A stretch of 64,000 bases of DNA from Octopus vulgaris (GCA_951406725.2 OX597815.1:194494001-194558000), one strand, 5' to 3'. Positions 39,230-53,204 are shown, counted from the first letter of the stretch. Notes: generated by a model from the letters alone, not told the origin. Program-made: numbers and translations.

Positions 39230-39373
39230 ATCGTTTCTTCTTCTTCGTCTTGTGGTCGTCATCATCATTATCAGCGTCATCATCATTATCACCACCACCA
39301 CCACCACCACCACCACCAAACCATCATCATCATCAGCAGCACCACCACTGCCGCCGCCACCACCACCACCACC

Positions 39374-39407
<34 letters not shown>

Positions 39408-39520
39408 TTTCCACTGTAACCATCGTCATTGTCGTTGATTTCCACGTCATCTTCTTTGTCACTGTCATCGTCGTCATCATCATCATCATCGTCATCGTCA
39501 TCATCATCAACAACAACTTC
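39230..39520. repeat. (CAC)/(CAT)/(CGT) trinucleotide repeat
   Basis: Directly visible. Confidence 0.95.
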
Positions 39521-39703
39521 TAAAGTATCTTGTTATTACACTAGACTTCTAGGAGGCATGTAGAGACAGCATCACTCTATGGCAGATGTTTTGGCGGCAT
39601 ATTCCATTTAACAATGCAGCAAATCGAAAAATTGTGGTTGTATGTTGTGGTGGCCATGGCCACAATAATCTCTGTACTGAGATGATGAAGGAAGAGCGAC
39701 AGG

Positions 39704-39863
39704 TGAAATACCTATTTCTTTACTACCCACAAGGGGCTAAACACAGAGAGGACAAAGAAGGGCAGACAAACGGGTTAAGTCGATTATATCGACCCCAGTG
39801 CGTAACTGGTACTTATTTAATCGATCCCGAAAGGACGAAAGGCAATGTCGACCTCGGTGGAAT
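39704..39863 (-). mobile_element. SINE family C partial unit
   Basis: Homology to the C body and tail. Confidence 0.85.
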
Positions 39864-40358
39864 TATACTCAATCATAATCAATACGCGTGGGACAAGGAT
39901 GGATATTTGAATCACAGGCGCAACCCATCCAATTGGTTTCCATAAAGTGTTGTTGACCCAAATTCATTTGAAACTCGTCGGTTGATCCGAGGCTCATATA
40001 AATAAAAAAGAAGAACAAAAAAAAATCCAAAAGACAAAACACCTCACAAGATGCCTCGCAGAAGAATCAAACTTGTGACCTCTTGTTCTGGGGGAATTTT
40101 TTTAACCAATCGCTCAGGCTACGACCATAAGCGAACTTAATGAAAGCCTTCTTTTTGTTCAGCTTCTCATTGAATTAAAATCTGATGGTCTCAACCTTAT
40201 CTTTTTTACCCTTGATAAATAATTGAAAGCTATTAAATCGGCAGGTTTTCTTGGCCTTGTGAAAATTAGTGTGGTGCCTCTTCTAGTTAATGAAATATAT
40301 TACCTTCAAGTTGGTTCTATGAGTAATTTAGAAAATTTCATGGGGCTTATTTACATCC

Positions 40359-40560
40359 GTGGAGGCACGTGCCTTAGTGGTTAGGGTGTCAGCACCATGA
40401 TTACGATTCCTGGACCGGGCGACGCGTTGTGTTCTTGACCAAAACACTTCACTTCACGTTTCTCCTGTCCACTCAGCTGGCAAAAATGAGTAACGCTGCG
40501 ATGGACTGATGTCCTGTCCAGCTGGGGAACACATACCATAGAGACCGGGAAACCGGGCCC
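40359..40560 (+). mobile_element. SINE family E
   Basis: tRNA-like head, GTGTTCTTGA..AAAACACTT..TTCACG CORE-like segment, A1-type tail. Confidence 0.75.
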
Positions 40561-40570
40561 ATTAGCACAT

Positions 40571-40601
<31 letters not shown>

Positions 40602-41224
40602 TATCTAATATTACTTCGCCTGTAAGAAAGCAACGGATAAATCGATAAGATACTGGACAACAAGACCAAGAATGGATGATTCATAACCCCATTGCATCTC
40701 TGCACTGTCTATAATCAAGAGACTTAGATTTATTAAGTCCATGCTGTATTGGAAGGTCAAGCGATGCAACCTCTATGCGGTTGCATAGCCAGTTAGAATT
40801 AGCGGCTGCAGCCCCTAGAGTTATAACGCCCTAAAGTAAAAAATGAGAAACCAACCGGAAAATGAAATTATTTATATTTATTCAAAGAAGAAGACATTTC
40901 ACTGTTGTTGTACCACAACATCATGCTAAAAACAAATGGTTACAAAATAGATTGTAAACATTGAATACCATATTCAATTAGGTTTCATCTCAAATTCAAG
41001 CAGATACCATCAATATAATCTTCAAGAACAATCAGTTATCATTATTTCATAATCAACTGTTTTGTAAGCCGCAATCAGTTTAGTCCTTAATCATAATGGT
41101 AGCGTAGCTGGGAATCTAACATAGCAAAAATTTTATCTGGTATGTTCTAAGAATTTAAACATATAAATTTGATATACGAATAATTAAATCTTTATTCCTT
41201 TATCAGCATCAGTATTTCGTTATA

Positions 41225-41440
41225 TTGATTTCAAATTTAGACACAAGGCGAGCAATTTCGGAGGAAGGAGGAAGTCGATTACATCGACCCCAGTATTCCG
41301 TTGGTACTTATTTTATCAAGCCCGGAAAGCCGAAGGGCAAAGTCGACCTCGGCGGAATTTGTATCCAGAAGGTAAAGACGGACGAAATGCCGTTAACCAT
41401 TTCGTCCGGCATGCTAACGATTCTATCAATTCGCCATCTT
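41225..41440 (-). mobile_element. Diverged SINE family C copy
   Basis: GTCGATTACATCGACCCCAGT...GGCAAAGTCGACCTCGGCGGAATTTG. Confidence 0.75.
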
Positions 41441-41554
41441 AGTATCCCGGTATATCAATATTTCCTGTTGCTTTCGTTTCTTTTAGTTCTACATTCATTT
41501 CTTAAATAATTGTTACCCTGCTCCCTCTCTTCATTCAAACATTTCATAATATAT

Positions 41555-41726
41555 AGGCCCAGAAGTGGCTGTGTGGTAAGTAGCTTGCTTACCAATCACA
41601 TTGTTCTGGGTTCAGTCGCACTGCGTGGCACCTTGAGCAAGTGTCTGCTACTATAGCCTCGGGCCGACCAAAGCCTTGTGAGTGGATTTGGTAGATGGAA
41701 ACTGAAAGAAGCCCGTCGTATGTATG

Positions 41727-41769
<43 letters not shown>

Positions 41770-42012
41770 ATATGTTTGTATGTGTGTATATGTTTGTGTG
41801 TCTGTGTTCGTCCCCCCATCATCGCTTGACAACCGATGCTGGTGTGTTTACGTCCCCGTAACTTAGTGGTTCAGCAGAAGAAACCGATAGAATAAGTACT
41901 ACGCTTACAAAGAATAAGTCCTGGGGTCGATTTGCTCGACTAAAGGCGGTGCTCCAGCATGGCCGCAGTCAACTGACTGAAACAAGTAAAAGAGTAAAGG
42001 AGTAAAGAGAGA
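41555..42012 (+). mobile_element. SINE family B
   Basis: Homology to other B copies. Confidence 0.92.
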
Positions 42013-43062
42013 GTATATCCGTAGTGGTAATAGATCAATCCTAGCATAAGAGACCTTCAAGCTGTTATCATATATTCATAACTTTTGAACCGATACTGTA
42101 TGTATAAAGAAATATAAACTTGTTTTATATAATATCTTTGTGAACACCAAAAGAGGGATCAACCGGATTACTTTTATCAGTGGCTGATACAAACACTTCC
42201 AATGCACCAATAACATAATTGTAATCCAATCACAGTCGCTGTCTTGATATATTGACTGTCCTACATGAGAACAGCAACTGGTTAGGACATTGATCTAACA
42301 GAAATGGCCTTTACACACTAGCACAGTCCTTGCATAACTAAAACAACAGCAACAACAGAATAACCGTATTACATCTAGACACAGAGATATAATATAGCAA
42401 TAAGTTCAACCTAGTCACTGATGTTAAACGAACAGCATTCAGCTTTGAAGTATGTCTGTCAGATTATTTTTTAATGATGTTTGATGATTGTTGCGTGCTT
42501 TACACAATAATTATTATAAGATACTAGGAGAAAAAAAAATCCAAAGTAAATCATATACAGATGGTGTTAAATATAGAACAATCTGGCTATAATTCTATGT
42601 AATATTTCTTCGTTTATGAGGTCTGTGCAATAAAGTTTATATTATCTCTACAAAAAGGCAAAAACCAGATGTAATTCAAAACGAAATTACGATTGAGACA
42701 ACTATTTAAAGCAAAGTTAAAAGGGGGAAAAAATTGTGAGAATTGCATCTCCTGAGTTCTGTAGTTGTGGTTATATGGAGATTCTGTGATTGGAGAAACA
42801 ATTTCAGGAACGAAAATGAAATAGAATGGAATTATTTTGGCTAGTTTTGGAATATTAGAAGAATGATGATTAGATTTAAGACAATAATTCATTATGCTTA
42901 CGAAGAAGGACATGGCTTATAGGAATATCTGTAGAATGTTAAGAAGGTTAATAATGTCCACCCCTGAATTGTAGATGGCTAGTATGAAATGAAACAAAAA
43001 AAAAGTAAATGCAATTGCCTGATTGAACTGAAATGATCGAGTGAAAGTGTAGAGGATAATAA

Positions 43063-43444
43063 GTGGAGGCGCAATGGCCCAGTGGTTAGGGCAGCGGACT
43101 AGCGGTCGTAGGATCGTGGTTTCGATTCCCAGACCGGGCGTTGTGAGTGTTTATTGAGCGAAAACACCTAAAGCTCCACGAGGCTCCGGCAGGGATGGTG
43201 GTGATCCCTGCTGTACTCTTTCACCACAACTTCCTCTCACTCTTACTTCCTGTTTCTGTTGTACCTGTATTTCAAAGGGCCGGCCTTGTCACTCTCTGTG
43301 TCACGTTGAATATCCCCGAGAAATGCGTTAAGGGTACACGTGTCTGTGGAGTGCTCAACCACTTACACGTTAATTTCACGAGCAGGCTGTTCTGTTGATC
43401 GGATCAACCGGAACCCTCGTCGTCGTAAACGACGGAGTGCTTCC
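43063..43444 (+). mobile_element. SINE family A (A2), full length
   Basis: A box TGGCCCAGTGG, B box GTTTCGATTCC; 11-bp TSD AGAGGATAATA at 43051-43061 and 43445-43455. Confidence 0.92.
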
Positions 43445-44049
43445 AGAGGATAATAGGATAACTACTGACCAGATGAGAGATCAGCAGTTTACATACTTTA
43501 ACCGATGTTGCGTTGTCTCCCTGTCAAAAAATATTTCCCAACAGTAAGGTTCGACTGGTTACAAGAAGGCACCGTGGGGTAGTAAGTAGCCTATTACCCA
43601 ATGATTTGTTAGTTTGCAGCGCTAAATTCCATCGCCTCACTTGGAAAAGCTAGTCACAAGAAACTTATCTTGCAACCGCTTAATGGTTAATAGATCTAAT
43701 CATGCTCTCCATGGGTCCCGAGGAATTGCAGATGTATAAAGCTCCTGTCTTGGTTGAAAGAAATACAATGGATTTAATAGGTTGCGGAGAAATGAATAGT
43801 ATCTAGTCCTGAGAAACAGGGGTCATTACAGAAGCAGAAAGGAAATGTATTCCCCCCAGTTGAAGGTTGCAGAATGTAGACTTACCTACTAAATACATAT
43901 CTCGTGTTTACGACATTCAAGCATTTCTCCCCTAAATGAAAAACTTCAAAACAAAAATGTGGTTTTTTAAGTATTTTAAGCATCTCTGTTCAAAATAAAT
44001 TTAATTACTCGAAATAATAAACATTCGAAACTGAATGTTTTCATTCATG

Positions 44050-44560
44050 CCAACAAGACAGAGTTTTCTTTTTCCTGTATGCACAGAATTCTGAGAAACT
44101 TCTATCAGTGGATTTTTCGAAGATATTTTTCAGTTCTTGTTTGGTTGTTGGAATCCTTGTAGACTAAGTTATCGAGATGCTTGAAAATGTGGTAGTCGAG
44201 TGGTCTAAGCTATAAGCTGAATGAAGTAGAGTTTCGTTTCCCAGTTATTTAGTTTCTTCAGAGTTATTTACGAGGCATGATGTGCGGTGTTGTCATCAAG
44301 AAGAACTGGTTCTTTTCGATTCACCAATGCTGGTAGTAAATGCTGCAATTCTGGGCATATTTTGTTGATTTTGGGGCAATACTTTCCAACTGTAATGGTA
44401 TCTTTAGGATTAAAAAAACAAAACAGTGGATGATTTTATTTACTGACTGTAATTTCCATTTGAAGCAGCTTTAGTTTTGAAAAGTGTTTCGTACTGATTT
44501 CAGTCAAGCTGCTGCATAAAACGCTGTCGGTTGTCGCACAGCATCCATCTTTAGTCACAT
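44050..44560 (-). mobile_element. Highly decayed mariner transposase fragment
   Basis: PALVNRKEPVLLDDNTAHH and DYHIFKHLDN remnants; similar to 49400-49640. Confidence 0.65.
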
Positions 44561-45699
44561 GTCACAATGCAATCAAGAAATGAACTCATAGAATAAAATA
44601 AAATAAATATCGTTCGAATTTGCTCTTCTTCCATCTTTAATTTGACAGTCTAAAATAAACAAGAATAAACGTTGAATGAAAACCATTAGCATAAATCAAT
44701 AGACCGTAAGTTTTGCTTTAAAATAGTAGAATGTATTAATATATTTCAGTAAAATTTATTCCAAAATAAGAAAACAAAGTTGAAAATAATAAAAATTGCA
44801 ATTATTTTGACATCAACCTAATATGCAACAATCAATTTTCTGACAATCCTTTGCTACAATATGGGCTCTATTAAATAATACAAAATGAAAGAAAAATATG
44901 TATATTAAACATAAGAAATGTTTTTGATAGATTGTTTAGGATCTTTGAGACATTCTTGGAATCCCGATTCCATTAAGCAATTTCAATTTGCATAAATCAG
45001 CTAAAATTATCAAACAAATACAAGAGAAATTTTTAACTTCTACTTCTTATCAAGATGTTGCTATACGATAGATGACTGAAAAGATGGGGAGTAGAATTAT
45101 TTGAATGCTGGACAAAATTATTTGCTGTATATGGTAACAAGATATTCATGTTTCGAGTTCGCATCCAGACGGTGCCAGCGTTTCTATTTATCATTCCAAC
45201 GTTAGTGGGAAAAGTACCAGTAAAATAATGCTTGATTTTAATGTTGATTTTAAAGCACTGTGTTCCTTAACCTCTCTCGCAATAAAAGTGATATAGTGAC
45301 CATCCAGTCTGGAAAATCTTATTTGGAAACCAAAGTGTCACAGAATTATTTCTAAATAGAACGGTATCTAATACGAAACTATTCTTGAATTAAATAAACA
45401 TTCATTTTACATGTAAAACACCAACAAGAAATCGAAATGTAGCATGGGAGTCAACGAGTGTGCCTGTACGTGGTTACCCAGCCTGCTAGTAATAACAGCT
45501 AAATCTCACATCACTTCACACAGCTATCTTAAATAAGCAAAGGCCATATCAGATGGTGTAATCCTAACAACAAACAGAAGATTAAAAAAAAAATATCTCA
45601 AACGTTTTCTTTTCTTCTGAATTTAATTTAATGTATTTTAACCTAATGTAATCCAATCCCATGTTGAATTCAGAAGTTTACACATCTCTAAATCTTTAT

Positions 45700-45865
45700 C
45701 TCTTACTTGTTTCAGCCACTTGACTGCGGCCATGCTGGGGCACCGCCTAAAAGAGCTTTTAGTCGAACAAATTGACCCCAAATGTTTTTGTTGAAGCCTG
45801 GTATTTATTCTAGCGGGCTCTTTTGCCGAACCGCTAAATTACGGGGACATAAACACACCATCACC
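45700..45865 (-). mobile_element. SINE B 3' half (its 5' head lies at 46551-46581)
   Basis: Homology to B tail and B head on either side of the LINE fragment. Confidence 0.8.
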
Positions 45866-46529
45866 GCACCTTACTTTGGTCCTGGGGACAGTTCTTTTTA
45901 ATGTGGTCTGGTCCCAGGCACAGGTAACACTTGGGGGTGGGGGGGCTCCTTCAAGAATCACCGGATACCTACAACCGGCCATTCTCAGAGAATCTGGAAA
46001 CATCAGATTCTTGGCTGATTGGGTCCACAGAGTCAAAACAGCTTTTGACCCTACCCAATCAGCCGCAGGCAAAATTTTCACATTGAGGAGATTGGCTCCG
46101 CTGCCACCCAGACCCCAACGGATGGTGTCTTCTATCCACTCGGGTTCTATCCCGGGTGGCAACCCGCAGACACAAGCCCTTGTCAACTTCTTCCCACACT
46201 ATACGTGGGAAGAAACAATATCTCTTCGCCCTCTAAGGGCTGACTCGCGAAATTGCGAGCTTCTTCAACCACAGCGTCGCATATTTGACACCCCTAGAAA
46301 TAAATTTTATAGTTGGAATGTATTCCGCCAACTCTCTCTCTCTCTCTCTCTGTATCAATCTTTTTGAAGACGGCGATGGTGTCGAGCGACTTGGGGTACG
46401 TCCGCAGAACCACCGTCCTTTCCTCAAGACTTTTTAACCACTGTTTGGGTGGGACAATTTTCCACTCCAACACCTTATCAGCTTTCTTTGCCATGTTTTT
46501 AAGTCCCCCAAAAAGTCAAACACAAGTTT
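45866..46529 (-). mobile_element. LINE (L1/Tx1-like) ORF1 fragment with CCHC zinc knuckle
   Basis: Frameshifted ORF from MAKKADKVLEW; VCGLPPGI RRM-like stretch; KCYLCLGPDHIKKNCP = C-x2-C-x4-H-x4-C at ~45885-45930. Confidence 0.8.
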
Positions 46530-47128
46530 AAAAAAAAAAAAAAAAAAAAAAGCGAGCTTCTTACCACACAGCCACGCCTGCGTACATAAATTTTTATGTA
46601 TATATATAAAGGTATAAATAAATGTATACATAAATTTTTCATTAAACATATTTTATAAAATATTTACTTACTTGAAAGTGTTATTTGTTTTGTCTTCCAT
46701 TATACCGAATACCTTTAGAAACAATTTATTTTAATTTTACAAATTTTGTTAATGTTAGACGGCTTTCCAAACAATAAGATATTTTAACCAAAACAGAATT
46801 AGTTCACTATTCAATAAAAGAGTCGGAATACATTGTAGAATAGTTCATTAAATTGACTTAATGTTCATTAGTTCATATAACTGAAATAATAAAGCAGTGG
46901 CAATGCAGATTTAACGTCGTATGCTTTGCAGCTCCTTTAAAGCAGACACGGGCCGTCAGTAATTACTCCGGCTTGGCAGTTGGTGACCATTATGTAGTAA
47001 AACACGCAACCAATAAGCGAAACACAGGCGCGCGCCTGAGTTGAAGGCAATCAATTTCTGCCTTTGTAGCTCGTAAAGAAAACGTTGTTGTAGAAATGTA
47101 CGCAGCACATCTACTACAGCAGTGATAT

Positions 47129-47613
47129 GTGGAGGCGCAATGGCCCAGTGGTTAGGGCAGTGGACTTGCGGTCGTAAGAACGCAGTTTCGATTCCCAGAC
47201 CTGGCGTTATGAGTGTTTATTGAGCAAAAACACCTAAGATCCACGAGGCTCCAGCGGGGAGGGGTGTAAACCCCGCTGTACTCTTTCACCACAACTTTCT
47301 CTCACTCTTTCTTCCTACTTCTGCCACAAAGCAGAGGAACGATGGTGTAACCCACTATGGTGTGGTAAACTTTCAGACCCTAGTCTAGATTGCGAATTAT
47401 CTGTATTTCAGGATGTTTCAGCTCTCCACGTGTTAAAAGCCACCGTTTACGGAATGAGGATAACGACGTAGCATTCGGGCCCGTGTCACCGCCAGTCTAT
47501 CGCGTGTGGTGGGTGGATCTTCAATTTGCCACACGCATTCTTAGTAGCTTAGAGTAGGCTCCAATTAGAAATTATTCTTTCTGGCTAATGGCGTGAGTCC
47601 TGACAAGAAGAAG
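47129..47613 (+). mobile_element. SINE family A (A3)
   Basis: tRNA-like head; body matches 10394-10880; flanking ACAGCAGT repeat at 47116-47123 and 47614-47621. Confidence 0.88.
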
Positions 47614-48192
47614 ACAGCAGTACTATGCGTAGCTTTAATACTGAGATTGAAAGGAAGGGCGAATTATGGCATTTTATGCATAGTAATCAGAACAACCTTC
47701 ATAATTTTATTGAATTAGGTGCATATTTTCCATAAAAGGAAAATATCGATCTATTTTATTCAATCAATCTATTTTATTCAAGATATCTATCGATCTGTTT
47801 TATTCAAGATAGGCACTGCCTACCTGGCCTACCTGGCCTACCTAGGTGACACGTCTCTGCTTTAAAGTTATATGTGCATAACATGAGTGTATTACTTCGG
47901 TAAACGTAAAAGTAGCAACCAAAATGTATTCGATGTATCTGCTTCCATCTATCACCATCTACCTCGCCTCTTTCTCCTCCTATACTAGCGTACAAAGTTG
48001 CTTATCTGTATTAATCTTATCACGAATTTATATTTAGAGCTTCCTCACAAGATATCTACTTAAAGGTGACCAATTTCATCTTTGTTTTAACTAGTTATCA
48101 CGGTTGGAATTATTCTATGTATTTCCTCAACAACTAAAGTTAACTTGCTGTTTCCATGTATGAAAATAAAGACACTGGCATAGTTTGATTAT

Positions 48193-48295
<103 letters not shown>

Positions 48296-48455
48296 TATTA
48301 ATAAAAGAGTAAAATTAGTTAATTAATCAATTAATTAATTAATTAATAATTTTACCAAGTAGATCGGTACGTTAAAATATCCTTTTTTAGGTGAAATTGT
48401 ACAAATATTCTATAATTATAAACACAATTATAATTAGGGGTCAGCTTTAATTATA

Positions 48456-48499
<44 letters not shown>

Positions 48500-48503
<4 letters not shown>

Positions 48504-48618
48504 GAAAGAATGGAGTCGAACGAAGATGTTAACAAAATTCCTTTACTCTCGACACATGTTTCGAAGTCAGCGAATTTTCCATGCTGACGATAAACATAGG
48601 ATAATTCATTCACCTACT

Positions 48619-48621
<3 letters not shown>
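48500..48621 (-). mobile_element. Internally deleted copy of the 25112-25360 hammerhead repeat
   Basis: Both ends nearly identical to 25112-25183 and 25313-25359; the CUGAUGA half is missing; within (TA)n. Confidence 0.8.
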
Positions 48622-48659
<38 letters not shown>

Positions 48660-49013
48660 CAAGTTTAAGAGATAATGGTGTTATTGAGAGCCAAAGGTGT
48701 CAGGTAATGCTGAATAAGTGCTACAGACAGACTATAGTTAAGTTCCAGATTCGGTAATATTGCGAATAAAGGGTTCAACCTTGGTTCTATGTTAGCATGT
48801 GTATATAAGAAATGCTCTAATATCTATACAGCCTTGGTTTTTTTTATCTTATTACGCAAAAAATTCTTATATATATATAATATATATTTATATTTTTCTT
48901 ACGAAATATATAGATTGCTTCGGTGTGCTCAAGTCGAGCCTGAGACGTTCGACAGGTATGAAAAATAGAGGGAAAAATTCAGGTTAGGCAAACCACTATC
49001 AAGCCATAAGTGT

Positions 49014-50513
49014 TCGGATTTGACCAACACATGTGTGCGGATTTGATATAGGATACATAGTTAATTTAATTCTATTGAAATACTAATTAAAAAAAAACAC
49101 AATCTGTTATCTTTTAAAAAAATGTAAATTTTTCTTTTTAATAACATGAATTTTTACACCTGAATGAGAGAAAAAAGTAAAAAGCACTATAGAAACTACG
49201 CTAAAAGTGATCAGCTTTTAACTATATTGCTTTTTCTCAGATCTTAGTAATTAACCTTTAAATTCAGATGCACATATCTCGGCTCAAACAAAACTTTAGT
49301 AATCGAAATAAACACCATCAGAATCAACACACTTTTGCCAACGCGAAACAAGTTTATTTAGGCTAGTAGCGTAAAAATCTTGCGTTCTAGTGGTGATGAA
49401 ATTGTTCAAAGCGTGATTAGCATCGTCTTGGTTTTTGAAGCATTTCTCACGCAGGAAGTTATCGAGATGCTTGAAAAAGTGGCAGTCGGTAGGCGAGAGA
49501 TCTGGTGAGTATGGCGGTGAGGCAGAATTTCGTAGCCCAATCCGTTTAACTTTTGCAGGGTCAGTTGTGCGACGTGCCGCTGAGCGTTGTCGTGGAGAAG
49601 AATTGGTCCTTTTCTCTTGACCAATGTTGGCTGTTGTTGTCGGAGTTTCTTATGCATTTCATCCATTTGCTTACAACATTTCTCCGCCGTAATGGTTTCG
49701 CCTGTATCCAAAAAGCTGTGATGGATGAGACCGGCCGCAGACCACCAAACAGACACCATGACATTTTTTGGGGCAACTTTGGCTATGGGAAGTGCCGTGG
49801 AGCTTCATCGGCGTCCAACCACTGAGCTGAGCGTCGACGGTTGTCGTAAAGAATCTACTTTTCATCGCGTCACAATCCGGTCGAGAAGCGGGTCGTTTTT
49901 GTTGCGTAAAAGAAGGGAAGACGACACTTCAAAACGGCATTTTCTTTTTGGTTGTCGTTCAATTCGTGCGGCACCCATTTCTCAAGTATTTTTCTTTTTC
50001 TAATCTCTTTCAAGTGATTGGAAATTGTCGTATACATTACAGCTAATTCAGAAGCAAGCTCTCGAACAATTGCGTGTGGTTTGGTTTCGACTAAGACTCT
50101 TAGTTGATCGTTATCAACATTCGATGGCCGACCACTATGCTTATCATCTTCAAGACTCTTGTCACTGCTACGAAATTTCTTGAACCACCATTGTGCTGTA
50201 CGTTCAATAGTGGTTCCTGGGCCAAACGCATCGTTGATATCGCGAGCTGTTTCAGCAGCTTTTCGGCCTAGCTTGAACTGGAATAAGAAGAGTGTGCAAA
50301 TTTGCTTTTTGTCCATGTTGCATTCAACTTTCAGGAAAAAATGGCGTCATTATTCAAAAAGAAAAAGAGTAACACAATTAGATAGAGCGAAAAACGGGCT
50401 TTAAAATGATATATGATATATAAAGTCAAAGGAATTTAACGAAAATTAATTTGAAAATACATCATTTAAAACCAAAATTAAAAATTCCGCAAGAAATGTT
50501 TTGACAAGCAAAT
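49014..50513 (-). mobile_element. Near-full-length decayed mariner (DD34D, cecropia/Hsmar1-like); coding ~49305-50316
   Basis: MDKKQI..FQFKLGRKAAETARDIN, SGRPS, KWVPHEL, DEK..YDN, LLHDNA, PYSPDLSPTD.HFFKHLDNFL; several frameshifts; TIR ends degenerate and approximate. Confidence 0.9.
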
Positions 50514-50729
50514 ACTACCTGATGCTAAAGAATATATTCTTAACCAAATTACAGGACTTAATAAACCGTTAAATTATTCACACATTCACATGTATATCTA
50601 ACTTCTCCATAAAAACTCTTGTTTTGTTACATTTAAACTTGATTGCATATAAGTTTTTTTATATTTCCCGTGCTTTTTATTAAAGATTAATTACAACCCT
50701 CTTGCAGACATTTCTATTGTCTTTATAAT

Positions 50730-51518
50730 GCTTCTTCTTCTCCTTCTTCTCCTCCTTCTTCGCCTTCTTCTTTTTCTTCTTCTTCTTCTTCTTCTCCTCC
50801 TCCTCCTTCTTCGCCTTCTTTTTTTCTTCTTCTTCTCTTCCTTCTTCGCCTTCTTCTTTTTCTTCTTCTTCTTCTTCTCCTCCTCCTTCTTCGCCTTCTT
50901 CTTTTTCTTCTTCTTCTTCTTCTTCTCCTCCTCCTCCTTCTTCGCCTTCTTTTTTTTCTTCTTCTTCTCTTCCTTCTTCGCCTTCTTCTTTTTCTTCTTC
51001 TTCTTCTTCTTCTGCTCCTTCTCCTCCTCCTCCTCCTCCCCTTTATCCTCCTCTTCTTTTTCTTCTCCTTCTTCTTCTTCTTCTTCTTCTTCTTTTTTTC
51101 TTCTCCTTCTTCGTCTTCTTTTTCTTCTTCTTCTTCTTCTTCTTCTTCTTCTTCTCCTCCTCCTCCTTCTTCGCCTTCTTCTTCTTTTTCTTCTTCTCCT
51201 CCTTCTTCGCCTTCTTTTTCTTTTTCTTCTTCTCCTCCTTCTTCGCCTTCTTTTTCTTTTTCTTCTTCTTTTTCTTTTTCTTCTTCTCCTTCTTCGTCTT
51301 CTTCTTTTTCTTCTTCGTCTTCTTCTTCTTCTTCTTCTTCTTCTTCTCCTCCTCCTCCTTCTTCTTCTTCTTCTTCTTCTTCTTCTTCTTCTCCTCCTCC
51401 TCCTCCTCCTCCTTCTTCTTCTTCTTCTTCTTCTTCTTCTTCTTCTGCTCCTCCTCCTCCTCCTCCTCCTCCTCCTTCTTCTTCTTCTTCTTCTTCTTCT
51501 TCTTCTTCTTCTCCTTCT
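50730..51518. repeat. (CTT)/(CCT) polypyrimidine trinucleotide repeat, ~790 bp
   Basis: Directly visible. Confidence 0.97.
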
Positions 51519-51761
51519 TTGAAAATGCTATTCCTCACGTCTCAGCTCTTTGGTCCCACCATTGATGCCTCGAAGCTGTTTGCACGTGTGACTCATCTAC
51601 TGATTTCTATCAATGTGAAACGCCTGCATTGGCCGCCATACTTTTATTCTCTTCTTTAGAAACACATACATTTAACTATATTTTGTTTATTCAGTTAAAA
51701 CTTGTTGCATGCATACATACGTATATATTCTCACATATATACACGCACACATATACATACA

Positions 51762-51795
<34 letters not shown>

Positions 51796-52484
51796 CATAC
51801 ATACATACATACATACATATAGAGACATACATTCGTATGTACATACATATGTACGTACGTACCTACGTATGTATGTATGTATGTATGTATGTATGTATGT
51901 ATGTATGTACGTATGAATGTATGTATGTGTGTTTGTATGTATGTATGAATGAATGCATGTATGTATGTGTGTATGTATGAATGAATGTATGTATATATGT
52001 ATGAATGTATGTATGTATGTATGTATGTATGTATGTATGTATGTATGCATGTATGTATGTATGAATGAATGTATGTATGTATGTACGTACGTGTGTATGT
52101 ATGTATGAATGAATGTATGTATGTATGTATGTATGTATGTATGTATGTATGTATGTATGTATGTATGTATGTATGTTTGTACGTATGTATGTACTAACAA
52201 AACTTGCGCTCCAATTATTATTGGTATGAATATGAATTCATAGTCTGGATATAGACAATGGACGTTTCCAAACAGTCGCCTCTTTTTCTTTGATTTTCGA
52301 AGAGATATTTTTATCTGCAGGGCAGCTGAACTCTCTGACGGTACATACATTTGCCCCTCTATCCCAACCGACAATATCCAATGTATGTATGTATGTATGT
52401 ATGTATGTATGTATGTATGTATGTATGTATGTATGTATGTATGTATGTATGTATGTATGTATGTATGTATGCATATATGTATGG

Positions 52485-52578
<94 letters not shown>

Positions 52579-52585
52579 ATATATA

Positions 52586-52782
52586 CGAGAGGGTATTGAA
52601 AAGTTCCCGGCTTTGGTTAAAAGAAAGTACAAGTGGATCAGTTACTTATGATTTTACTCAACATATTCCCTGCTCAGATTCATAAACTTATTGCAGCAGC
52701 CCTTCAGTTTTTCTAAGCCCCGTAAAAGAACTCGGAAGGTTGGCTTCTAAACAAGCCTTTCACAAAAGCCAGTACTCCCCCG
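52586..52782 (-). mobile_element. Mariner-derived MITE
   Basis: TA|CGAGAGGGTATTGAAAAGTTCC terminus; reverse copy of 58913-59130. Confidence 0.8.
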
Positions 52783-52920
52783 TGTGTATTTATATATGTT
52801 TGTATGTATGTATGTATGTATGTATGTATGTATGTATGTATGTATGTATGTATGTGTATATATATATGTATATATATGTATATATATATGTATATATATA
52901 TATATATATGTATATATATG

Positions 52921-52992
<72 letters not shown>

Positions 52993-53010
52993 TATATATA
53001 TATATATATG

Positions 53011-53074
<64 letters not shown>

Positions 53075-53076
53075 AC

Positions 53077-53108
<32 letters not shown>

Positions 53109-53109
<1 letters not shown>

Positions 53110-53167
53110 AACAAAAAGGCAAGCAACAGGTATGTGGCTAAGCAACCTGTTGCTTGCCTTTTTGTTT
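53109..53167. repeat. Perfect 23-bp-arm hairpin within (TA)n
   Basis: AAACAAAAAGGCAAGCAACAGGT / ACCTGTTGCTTGCCTTTTTGTTT with a 13-nt loop. Confidence 0.9.
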
Positions 53168-53204
53168 ATATATATATATAGAACTTTAAAAAAGTTCCTA
53201 ATGG

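Noticed and set aside
43063-43140. tRNA genes (A/B boxes here and at 712, 47129, 57350)
   Set aside because: They are SINE heads continuing into repeat bodies, without a complete acceptor stem
49305-50316. Domesticated SETMAR-like gene
   Set aside because: Multiple frameshifts and stops; no SET domain
50723-51538. 271-aa poly-E/G/R ORF; also poly-V/T/Y/S ORFs at 34.3-35.1, 39.2 and 57.7-58.4 kb
   Set aside because: Trinucleotide repeats open in several frames, with no non-repetitive coding flanks
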